Below are positions 1 to 8,444 of a stretch of 46,956 nucleotides of DNA, one piece after another; the first letter of the stretch is position 1; each line of letters begins with the position of its first letter. Below the pieces are notes generated by a model. The model had not been told where the DNA came from. It ran no database searches and saw only the letters and a program-made list of their open reading frames with translations. Source of the stretch: Bacteroidales bacterium (GTDB lineage: Bacteria; Bacteroidota; Bacteroidia; Bacteroidales; UBA932); the NCBI GenBank assembly GCA_024402005.1, contig JAKSJV010000001.1, positions 1-46,956 on the forward strand, written 5' to 3'. The translations under genes and the position numbers were made by a program.

Positions 1-127
1 GCAGATGAATACGCCTGGTATAATTTTCCCTGTTTCTCCCCGCCAGAATCATTACGACACCGAGGCATAGCAGAATCCCCGACTGAAGGCCGACAAACAA
101 CGCATCATATGCTATACGGGAATCCAT
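1..127 (-). CDS. Partial (5' end) membrane protein running off the left edge
   Basis: Manual translation from ATG 127: MDSRIAYDALFVGLQSGILLCLGVVMILAGRNRENYTRRIHL, open to the edge, with a hydrophobic helix. A minus-strand TAACTTTG box lies at 135-142. Confidence 0.55.
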   Translation of the reverse strand, partial: MDSRIAYDALFVGLQSGILLCLGVVMILAGRNRENYTRRIHL

Positions 128-454
128 AGTGTAGCAAAGTTACAAAGAATTATGTGGAGCCCCCAGCGCTCGATGGATAATACGGATAAATGTATCCAAA
201 TTTACGAATTGTCCGTCAATACAACGTCGAGAATGATATACGTATTTGCCAAAGATAGAAAGTGCCCTCTGCCGGTCACTGCTCTTCCTCATTCTGATTC
301 ATTCGTCCATACATATGATTCGAACATACTGAGAATCCCATAATTTTGCGGACTTAGATTTTTTATCCCAAAATATGTTCAAATTCTTAACCTTATAATC
401 TATTCAAATACAATAAATTCTGATATTTTTTGTTGTTAATAATTGAAAAGTTTA

Positions 455-462
455 TAACTTTG
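455..462 (+). promoter_or_regulatory. Bacteroidota -7 promoter box for abiEi-abiEii
   Basis: TAACTTTG matches TAnnTTTG, 4 nt before ATG 467. It overlaps the right arm of an imperfect inverted repeat (393-407 / 443-457, 13/15 match). Confidence 0.6.
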
Positions 463-466
463 CATT

Positions 467-1090
467 ATGAAAAGGGAAAAACTTATAGAAAATGAATATG
501 CCGCCGGATGTTCCCGCGTAAACGGAGGGTGTATTTCCTATCATGGTGCATTGCAGTATTATGCGTTGCAGACGCAGCAGTTCAACACTATATACCTTCA
601 TTCTCCGAAGAGGTTCCGCCCGTTTGAAATAGGTGGAATGTCGTATGAATATCACCCGCTGAAATTTACATACAATATCGTATTGAGCAAAGACTGCGAC
701 GGAAATCCGATAGCTGTCACTTCTCTGTCCCAAACAATCATTGACTGTATACGGCACATAGACCTTGCTGGAGGATTGGAAGAACTGCTGTATGCACTTG
801 CCTCAATATCCGACGGGCAGCTGAACGAGAAGGAACTTCTCGCCTGCTTGAACGCATATGGCAACGCCTCGCTTTGGAGTCGTGTCGGTTATCTCTTGTC
901 TCTTTTCAAGGACAATATAGGAGTCAGTGACAGTTTCATTGAAACCTGCCGAATAAAAGGCGGAAACGTGAAAAATAAGATTATGGATAGCAACAAACCA
1001 TTGAAGTACATATCGGACTGGAAATTATTTGTACCGAAAAATATAGAAGGAATGATTTCGAAAGGAGCAGGAAATGGAGAAATTTACTAA
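467..1090 (+). CDS. abiEi: Type IV TA antitoxin, AbiEi family (apparently lacking the N-terminal winged HTH)
   Basis: ISYHGALQYY, VTSLSQTIIDC, GGLEELL, RVGYLL and terminal WKLFVP motifs; overlaps the AbiEii gene. Confidence 0.8.
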   Translation: MKREKLIENEYAAGCSRVNGGCISYHGALQYYALQTQQFNTIYLHSPKRFRPFEIGGMSYEYHPLKFTYNIVLSKDCDGNPIAVTSLSQTIIDCIRHIDLAGGLEELLYALASISDGQLNEKELLACLNAYGNASLWSRVGYLLSLFKDNIGVSDSFIETCRIKGGNVKNKIMDSNKPLKYISDWKLFVPKNIEGMISKGAGNGEIY

Positions 1091-2033
1091 AAAGGACTTG
1101 CGTAACCTTGTAGAAAACACCGGTTACCCGATGGCATCCATTGAGAAGACTATTCGTCTATTGGATCTGCTGAAGAAGTTTAACGCTGACGAATTTCTAA
1201 AAAGTAACTTAGTCCTGAAGGGAGGTACTGCAATAAATGTAATTTACTACTCGGAGCTACGCCGCCTGAGTGTTGATCTGGATTTTGACCTTGCACGTAA
1301 TACCCCAAAAGATGAAATGCTTGAAATAAAAAACAAGGTGTCCGAAAAGATAGCCGTTATAGTAGAGGAGTTGGAATATGAGCTGAAGGACCCCAAACCT
1401 AATTATGCCCTTCACCAGATGGAACTGTACTATCATAGTGTAACCGGTAACCGTGATAAAATCAAATTGGACATCAACTGCCTTTCACGCTGCCATATAT
1501 ACGAACCGATAGTAAAGACTGCTTCCAATCCGTTTGACAAGGAGGACGTATTCCCAGTAAGGATTCTTTCAGAATATGAACTGTTCGGAGCAAAGCTCAA
1601 GGCTTTGCTTGAAAGGTATACGCCAAGGGACATTTTCGATGCATACACCCTAGAGGACAAAGGACTCTTCAGGGAAGAATCTCAGATCAATTCTATCCGA
1701 AAATGTATCGCATATTACCTGTCGCTCACGACGGGAGTAGATGTATCTCAGGCACTGATGTACATTAAATCACGGGGCATACAAGATTTCAAAAAGCAAC
1801 TGTTCCCAATGCTGAAGACCGGATACGGGTTCGTGGATCATGATAAGATGTCATCAGATGCTGTCAAATGCGTTTCCCGTTATCTTGAATTTACAAAAGA
1901 GGAACAAGAGTATCTTATTGCAGCAGAGAACGGCTGTTATTTACCTGAATTATTGTTCGACAGGGATATCTCAAGCAAAATTCAAGATAACCCTGCAGCG
2001 AAGTTCTACATTCTGAGCAGAAATCAAAAGTAA
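1074..2033 (+). CDS. abiEii: Type IV TA toxin, AbiEii nucleotidyltransferase
   Basis: LVLKGGTAIN, RRLSVDLDF, KIKLDIN and KLKALLERYTPRDIFD motifs. Confidence 0.9.
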   Translation: MEKFTKKDLRNLVENTGYPMASIEKTIRLLDLLKKFNADEFLKSNLVLKGGTAINVIYYSELRRLSVDLDFDLARNTPKDEMLEIKNKVSEKIAVIVEELEYELKDPKPNYALHQMELYYHSVTGNRDKIKLDINCLSRCHIYEPIVKTASNPFDKEDVFPVRILSEYELFGAKLKALLERYTPRDIFDAYTLEDKGLFREESQINSIRKCIAYYLSLTTGVDVSQALMYIKSRGIQDFKKQLFPMLKTGYGFVDHDKMSSDAVKCVSRYLEFTKEEQEYLIAAENGCYLPELLFDRDISSKIQDNPAAKFYILSRNQK

Positions 2034-2261
2034 ACCTGAATTATCGACTTATTTTCAAGTTATAGCTGAATTTCTCAATTTGTCCACACAGCGTGTGGAT
2101 AATCCTATTCTTTTCTCAGTGTGTGAAACGCATATGTCCAGGCGGATGAACCAAACTCATATCAAATCATTGTTTGACCGCCTGCTGTTTACGATCTCTG
2201 CCGGTATCAGCAGGGCGACGTTGTATGCGTATGTCAAGGAGCGGAATGGCTAGATTATTTT

Positions 2262-2284
2262 TTTTGACACATTGCTTGTCAAAA
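2262..2284. promoter_or_regulatory. Palindromic candidate operator upstream of the helicase-RM operon
   Basis: TTTTGACA-N7-TGTCAAAA with perfect 8-bp arms, ~70 nt upstream of a TAAATTTG box. Confidence 0.45.
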
Positions 2285-2351
2285 TGGCTGATTTTGGGCC
2301 CAAAACTGACAAGATTGCCATTGAATATGGAGAAGATTGGGAAAATGTTGT

Positions 2352-2359
2352 TAAATTTG
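2352..2359 (+). promoter_or_regulatory. -7 promoter box of the helicase/type III RM operon
   Basis: TAAATTTG about 20 nt before the probable GTG start at 2379. Confidence 0.55.
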
Positions 2360-2378
2360 AGCATTGATAAGTGAATCA

Positions 2379-5300
2379 GTGCAAGCATTTTTCGACAATA
2401 TAAACTCGAAGGTCGTGGATGACCTTCGGGTATCCATTAAGAAAGGGACAAAGCTGAGTATTGCATCGGCCTGTTTCTCTATCTATGCCTTCGAGGAGCT
2501 TAAGGCTCAACTCCAGGGTATTGACGAGCTACGTTTCATTTTCACGGCACCTTCTTTCTTGAAGGATGGAGAGTCAAAACAGCGCAGGGAATTCTATATT
2601 CCCAGAATTGACAGGGAGCGCGCACTGTACGGTTCGCAGTTCGAGGTAAAGCTCAGGAATCAACTCACCCAGAAGGCCATAGCCATTGAATGTGCTGATT
2701 GGATTCGTCAGAAGGTCAAATTCAAATCGAACATCACTTCCGCCAATATGCTCGGCTTCATCAATATTGAAAATGATGAGCCTGCCACCTATACCCCTGT
2801 GAACGGATTCACCACTACAGATTTGGGTTGCGAAAAAGGCAACAATATGTTCAATTTCGTGAACAAGGTCGAGGCTGAAAATTCCAGACAATATCTGAGG
2901 ATGTTCAACGAGCTCTGGAACGATGACAAGCAATTTACAGACGTTACTGAACAGATTGTTGAGAGCATCTCCAACGTTTACAAAGAAAACAGTCCGGAAT
3001 TCATTTATTTCGTGGCATTGTACAACATCTTCAGCGAATTTCTTGAGGATATATCCGAAGATGTTCTTCCTAATGAGGCTACAGGTTTTAAGGATAGCCA
3101 AATTTGGAACAAACTCTATGATTTTCAGAAGGACGCTGCACTGGCCATAATCAACAAACTTGAGAAATACAACGGCTGCATCCTTGCAGACAGTGTCGGA
3201 CTTGGAAAGACGTTTACTGCATTGTCAGTTATCAAATACTACGAAAATCGGAACAAGAGTGTCCTGGTCCTCTGCCCGAAGAAACTGAACGAAAACTGGG
3301 TAACATACCGGAGCAACTATATCAATAACCCTATTGCTAAAGATAGACTCCGTTATGATATCTTTTTCCATTCTGACCTTTCCCGCAGCGGAGGAAGCAC
3401 AAATGGAATGGATCTCAGCCACGTCAATTGGGGTAATTATGACCTGGTTGTCATCGACGAATCCCATAACTTTCGAAATGGCGGCAAACTTACAGTAGGA
3501 GAAAATGATGAGGATCCAAAGGAGAACCGCTATCTTAAACTACTTAACAAGGTCATCAGGGCCGGTGTAAAAACAAAAGTGCTGATGCTTTCGGCCACAC
3601 CGGTAAACAACCGATTCAATGATCTGAAGAACCAGCTCCAACTTGCTTACGAGGGTAATGTTGAACAGATGGACAGCAAGTTGAACACATCAAGTTCCCT
3701 TGAAGATATCTTCCGTCAGGCACAGCGTGCATACAATTCGTGGGCTAAGTTGCCAGTTGGTCTCCGCACTACTGACTCTCTTCTTGGAATGCTGAGTTTT
3801 GATTTCTTTGAAGTTCTGGACTCTGTCACTATCGCCCGCAGCCGAAAGCATATCGAGGCATATTACGATACAGAGGCAATCGGAAAGTTCCCAACACGCC
3901 TTCCGCCTATCTCAAGGCGTCCTCATCTGACAGATTTGAAGGATGCAATCAATTATAACGAGATTTTTACGCAATTACAGAAGCTCAATCTTGCCATATA
4001 CACACCTTCGGCATTCATTCTCCCCAGCAAGGCGGCCAAGTACAGACTTGACATAGGCGATGGGAAAAGCGGCCTTTCGCTTGAAGGCCGGGAAATGGGT
4101 ATTCGCAGATTGATGTGCATCCTGATGCTCAAACGTCTGGAGAGTTCTGTCAATTCCTTCAGACTCACACTTGAACGTGTTGAAGCCCTCATCAAGAGTA
4201 CAATTGAACATATTGACAACCACGATGCAGAAATCAACGTTGAGGAGGCTCAAGGCTACGACTTCGACATTGATGATATCGAGAATGAATCATTCATCGG
4301 CACCAAGAAGAACAAGATTCTCCTGGAAGATATGGACTACATTCAGTGGCGCGAATATCTCCAGAAGGATTATGATGAATTGGAGCTGACAAGATTGATG
4401 CTTACTGACATCACCCCTGAACACGACAGCAAACTCCAGCAGCTTATCGTAGACCTCCAGAATAAGTTCGAAAATCCTATCAACGGGCAGAACAAGAAGG
4501 TTATAATTTTCACGGCCTTCTCCGACACCGCTGTTTACCTGTACGACAATCTGGCCGATAAAATTCAGAAGAAATACGGGATTGACACTGCACTCATTAC
4601 CGGTGACGTTGAAGCCCGAAGCAATGCAAAAGGCATAGGGAAACTTGACTTCAACAAAGTGCTGACACTCTTCTCTCCTGTATCCAAGGAGAAAGAGATC
4701 ATATATCCTGATATCAAGAACGAGATTGAGGTCTTGATTGCCACTGACTGCATCAGTGAAGGCCAAAACCTGCAGGACTGTGACTATCTCATCAACTACG
4801 ATATTCACTGGAATCCGGTACGCATTATCCAGCGTTTCGGGCGTATTGACCGTATCGGCTCCAAGAATGATGTCATTCAGCTTGTGAACTTCTGGCCGGA
4901 TATGACCCTCGACGAGTATATAGACCTGAAAGGCCGCGTGGAGGCAAGGATGAAGGTTTCCGTGATGACGAGTACTGGTGATGATAACTTGATTTCTCCA
5001 GAAGAAAAAGGCGATTTGGAGTACCGCAAGGCCCAGCTCAAGAAGCTTCAGGAAGAGGTGGTTGATATTGAGGAAATGAACACTGGCGTAAGCATAATGG
5101 ACTTGGGGCTCAATGAGTTCCGTCTTGACCTGCTGGAGTACATGAAGGCTCACAAGGATGTTGACCATATGCCATATGGTCTACACGCAGTTGTCGGAGC
5201 AAATGAGAATGCAAAACCAGGAGTGATATTCGTTCTGAAGAACAGGGACAATGCCGTGAATATCGACAAAAAGAACAGGTTGCACCCGTTCTATATGGTC

Positions 5301-5615
5301 TATATCAACAACGACGGTGAAGTTTTGATAAATCATCTGGCCCCCAAGGAACTACTTGACAAGTTCCGCAGCCTTTGCCGTGGAAAGAATCATCCCCAGA
5401 TTACTCTCTGTAAAGAGTTCAACAAAGAGACCAGAAATGGCTTCAAGATGGAACGTTACTCGAAATTGCTCGGTGACGCCATCAACAGTATCATCAACGT
5501 CAAAGACCAGTCAGATCTCGACAGTTTCCTCGATGGAACACAGGCCGAGCTCTTCACAAAGGAGATAACCGGGCTTGATGACTTTGAACTGATAGATTTC
5601 CTGATAATTCGATAA
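2379..5615 (+). CDS. SNF2-like SF2 helicase with degenerate N-terminal PLD-like domain, type III RM-associated
   Basis: LADSVGLGKT (Walker A), VIDESHNFRN (DExH), LSATPVNN, ATDCISEGQNLQ, QRFGRIDRIGS. ORF is open from TTG 2364; GTG 2379 fits the promoter better. Confidence 0.88.
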   Translation: MQAFFDNINSKVVDDLRVSIKKGTKLSIASACFSIYAFEELKAQLQGIDELRFIFTAPSFLKDGESKQRREFYIPRIDRERALYGSQFEVKLRNQLTQKAIAIECADWIRQKVKFKSNITSANMLGFINIENDEPATYTPVNGFTTTDLGCEKGNNMFNFVNKVEAENSRQYLRMFNELWNDDKQFTDVTEQIVESISNVYKENSPEFIYFVALYNIFSEFLEDISEDVLPNEATGFKDSQIWNKLYDFQKDAALAIINKLEKYNGCILADSVGLGKTFTALSVIKYYENRNKSVLVLCPKKLNENWVTYRSNYINNPIAKDRLRYDIFFHSDLSRSGGSTNGMDLSHVNWGNYDLVVIDESHNFRNGGKLTVGENDEDPKENRYLKLLNKVIRAGVKTKVLMLSATPVNNRFNDLKNQLQLAYEGNVEQMDSKLNTSSSLEDIFRQAQRAYNSWAKLPVGLRTTDSLLGMLSFDFFEVLDSVTIARSRKHIEAYYDTEAIGKFPTRLPPISRRPHLTDLKDAINYNEIFTQLQKLNLAIYTPSAFILPSKAAKYRLDIGDGKSGLSLEGREMGIRRLMCILMLKRLESSVNSFRLTLERVEALIKSTIEHIDNHDAEINVEEAQGYDFDIDDIENESFIGTKKNKILLEDMDYIQWREYLQKDYDELELTRLMLTDITPEHDSKLQQLIVDLQNKFENPINGQNKKVIIFTAFSDTAVYLYDNLADKIQKKYGIDTALITGDVEARSNAKGIGKLDFNKVLTLFSPVSKEKEIIYPDIKNEIEVLIATDCISEGQNLQDCDYLINYDIHWNPVRIIQRFGRIDRIGSKNDVIQLVNFWPDMTLDEYIDLKGRVEARMKVSVMTSTGDDNLISPEEKGDLEYRKAQLKKLQEEVVDIEEMNTGVSIMDLGLNEFRLDLLEYMKAHKDVDHMPYGLHAVVGANENAKPGVIFVLKNRDNAVNIDKKNRLHPFYMVYINNDGEVLINHLAPKELLDKFRSLCRGKNHPQITLCKEFNKETRNGFKMERYSKLLGDAINSIINVKDQSDLDSFLDGTQAELFTKEITGLDDFELIDFLIIR

Positions 5616-5621
5616 ATTTAT

Positions 5622-6017
5622 ATGAAGAAAATATTACCTCTATTCTTTGCGTTTATGCTTTCCACTGCACTTTTTGCGCAGGAAGCAAAGCAATTAAACA
5701 TTCCACAGAGTGCATCTGAACCTGTAGGCGGAGCATTTTACAAGCTCTTCCCCACAAGTAACATGTGGACTTTCTTAAAACTTGACACACGTAATGGAAG
5801 GATTTGGAGAGAGCAATTTGCCCTCAAAGACAGCCAGTACCGGTTTGAAGATATTGTATCAATAGAAAAACTTGTTGATATCACTGATGAGAAGCCAGGA
5901 AGATTTACCTTGTATGCCACAGATAATATCTACAATTTCATAATGCTAGATCAAATTGATGGACGCTGCTGGCAGGTACAGTGGGGAGAGAACCCTGTAA
6001 TAATAAGAATCTACTAA
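5622..6017 (+). CDS. Secreted hypothetical protein with two internal repeats
   Basis: Sec signal MKKILPLFFAFMLSTALFA; repeats YKLFPTSNMWTFLKLDTRNGRIW and FTLYATDNIYNFIMLDQIDGRCW. Confidence 0.75.
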   Translation: MKKILPLFFAFMLSTALFAQEAKQLNIPQSASEPVGGAFYKLFPTSNMWTFLKLDTRNGRIWREQFALKDSQYRFEDIVSIEKLVDITDEKPGRFTLYATDNIYNFIMLDQIDGRCWQVQWGENPVIIRIY

Positions 6018-6022
6018 AACAA

Positions 6023-6625
6023 ATGTTAGGACTTCCGATAGCAACTGAAATCAGCAAGTCTCTCCCGAAGAAGGCAATCTATGCCAAGTTCGGCCTGAAG
6101 CCTGCACAGCGCGACCACTTCGACGAAGACGTGGCTAAGCTCGCTATCGTGAACATTATATCTCCCACGACCATCCCGGCCCTCCCGAGAGGTGAACAGA
6201 TTGAGTGCATCTACATCATCGATATCCTCCTGAAGAAACAGGACTACGACCCCAAGAACATCCATTTGTTGAGCAAACTAATTCCGCAGAAGTTGGTGTT
6301 TGTTCTGCGCTTCGAGAACAACGTCCAGCTGGCAATCAATCACACAAAACTCATCTGCAGCAGCTGGATGGGAGCCAGCGATGCTATCCTGGCCCTCCAA
6401 GGTCTTAACCTTGACCGTGTATGGGAGAATATCGTCATAAGCATCGGAGATATCCAAATCGAAGAAGGCAGTACGCTCGAAGAGCAGATTCAGGTAGATG
6501 ACGCCAAGGCCAAAATTCTCAAGCAAATAGAGCAGCTTGAAGCCAAGGCCAGAAACGAAAAACAGCCCCGAAAGAAGCTGCAGTATTTTGAAGAGTTGAA
6601 GTGCCTTAAAAGCAAGATTAGTTAG
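6023..6625 (+). CDS. DUF4391 family protein
   Basis: Starts MLGLP...LPKKAIYAKF, has LLSKLIPQK, LQGLNLDRVWEN and a C-terminal coiled coil EKQPRKK; lies between helicase and Mod. Confidence 0.8.
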   Translation: MLGLPIATEISKSLPKKAIYAKFGLKPAQRDHFDEDVAKLAIVNIISPTTIPALPRGEQIECIYIIDILLKKQDYDPKNIHLLSKLIPQKLVFVLRFENNVQLAINHTKLICSSWMGASDAILALQGLNLDRVWENIVISIGDIQIEEGSTLEEQIQVDDAKAKILKQIEQLEAKARNEKQPRKKLQYFEELKCLKSKIS

Positions 6626-6630
6626 AGCAT

Positions 6631-8430
6631 ATGACGCCATCGACAAAAATAGAAGGCCTTGCGGCGAATTTCATAAGGGACAATATTCTCAAGTGTCCTC
6701 ATTTGGAGCCTTTGATAAGCGAGGGGGATAGAGAACCCTCGTGGGATGGGAATATAAAAATATACAACACCACAGATCAGAAGAAAGAAAATATGCTTGG
6801 ACGGATAAGTGTCCAAGTAAAAGGTCAAGAATGTGATTCTTTTGATGAAGGAACTATATCATATCCTGTTGAGATAGCAGACTTAAGGAACTATCTCAAC
6901 AATGGTGGTGTTGTTTTCTTTGTTGTTCAAGAATTGCCAAATGGTGATAGAAAGGCTTTTTATGAGACTCTTCTTCCAGTAAAGATTCAGCAATATCTTG
7001 ATAAGACAAACGACGGGCAAATTACAAAGAATATCACCCTGTACCCCTTTCCTGTTGATGCGCCCAACAGGATGGAAACAATTCTCGCAAATTTCTATAT
7101 CGACGCGCACAAGCAGGCAAGTTTCTCAAATTCATCCCTGATGACCCTTGAAGATATACAGGGAAACAAGAATATTGAGCAGATTTCCTTCTCTACTACA
7201 AAATATTTCTCGGCAGAAGACAATAAGAACGATTCTATCGCTCCATTTCTTGAGAACGAGGTATGCTTTTATGCTAAGGTAAAAGGCAGTACAACCCCGG
7301 AGCCAATAAAAGCCGGAATAAAAAGTATGGCATTTATCTCGCAAACTGCGTGTGCTGTAACAGTCGGAGAAAAAGCTTACTATCCAAACTGTACAATCAT
7401 CCGGAATAAGCAAAAAATGTTGGCCAAATGGGGACCCGGATTTGTTATGACCTTCCCCGAAGATGGGAGCGCACCAAAGTTTCAATACAAATACCCTACA
7501 TTTTTATCCCAAAGAATCCACAACCAAGAATTCATCTGTGCTGCAGCTGTACAAAAAGAGTTTAAAATCGGTCCAGTTAATTTTCCAATCGATGAATTAA
7601 CGGAGCTTCTTGACCCGCAACAGCAAAAGAATTTGGAATATCTACAGAAAATTCAGCAATTACTTTCGACAATGCATGTTGCCGAAGACTTGGATTTTAC
7701 GGGCATCAAGCCATCCAACTCCAGGAACTTGGATATGTTAGAGCGGTCAATAACTGAAGGGTTGCCTGTCTCAAACATTACGATTTGTAAAGACGGGCCC
7801 ACTTGTACCGACTTAACCATAGGCAATATCACTTTGAGAATCATTGTATCTCCTTCAAGGACGGAGAATGGTAAATATGACATCTGCGATTTCTTTGCGC
7901 CATCTCATTGGCTGATATTTTATACACCTGTAAATTCCGATGAACATCGACTAATGCCGAGAGCGGGACTTCTCAAAGAGGAGGATTTCCTCAAGCTTTC
8001 TAACATTGATTATGACTATATCGTAAAGGAGTATGAGGAATTAGCGCCACAGGATTGTCAGATTTATCTTTTGGCGAACGAAACGCTTAATATGCTCCTG
8101 ACAGCTTATGACAAGAAACCGAAAGAAATATTCCTTGATACAGCAAGCAAAATCTCGCAACTGATGCTCAGAAGTGAAACACCGTGGTTTTCAGAAGCGG
8201 GCAAACTGCTTGATGTCTACCAAATTATAAGAAGAAGACGAAAATTTACTGCAGAAGAAGAGGATAGTCTGTATGGTATTGCTGAGAAAGAATCTACAAT
8301 GCCATTCGATAGAATGTGCACCTATTTACTGTTAGGAGACAAGAAAATGGCCAAACGCTTATATAAAAGTCTCACATCAGAAGAGCAGGTGATATTTAAT
8401 GGCTCACCTCTTCACAGATTTTGGAAATAA
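6631..8430 (+). CDS. DUF4365-like (PD-(D/E)xK fold) nuclease domain with long C-terminal region
   Basis: N-terminal DREPSWDGNI...ISVQVKG...DLRNYLNNGGVVFFVV; helical C-terminus. Confidence 0.7.
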   Translation: MTPSTKIEGLAANFIRDNILKCPHLEPLISEGDREPSWDGNIKIYNTTDQKKENMLGRISVQVKGQECDSFDEGTISYPVEIADLRNYLNNGGVVFFVVQELPNGDRKAFYETLLPVKIQQYLDKTNDGQITKNITLYPFPVDAPNRMETILANFYIDAHKQASFSNSSLMTLEDIQGNKNIEQISFSTTKYFSAEDNKNDSIAPFLENEVCFYAKVKGSTTPEPIKAGIKSMAFISQTACAVTVGEKAYYPNCTIIRNKQKMLAKWGPGFVMTFPEDGSAPKFQYKYPTFLSQRIHNQEFICAAAVQKEFKIGPVNFPIDELTELLDPQQQKNLEYLQKIQQLLSTMHVAEDLDFTGIKPSNSRNLDMLERSITEGLPVSNITICKDGPTCTDLTIGNITLRIIVSPSRTENGKYDICDFFAPSHWLIFYTPVNSDEHRLMPRAGLLKEEDFLKLSNIDYDYIVKEYEELAPQDCQIYLLANETLNMLLTAYDKKPKEIFLDTASKISQLMLRSETPWFSEAGKLLDVYQIIRRRRKFTAEEEDSLYGIAEKESTMPFDRMCTYLLLGDKKMAKRLYKSLTSEEQVIFNGSPLHRFWK

Positions 8431-8444
8431 TATATATAAACATA

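Noticed and set aside
152-343. 63-aa ORF and GGATA/TATCC repeats at 172-216
   Set aside because: No motif or start context; the repeats are short and irregular and probably belong to the divergent promoter region.
2167-2388. Small ORFs between abiEii and the helicase
   Set aside because: They overlap the promoter and operator region, use weak starts and show no recognisable protein features.
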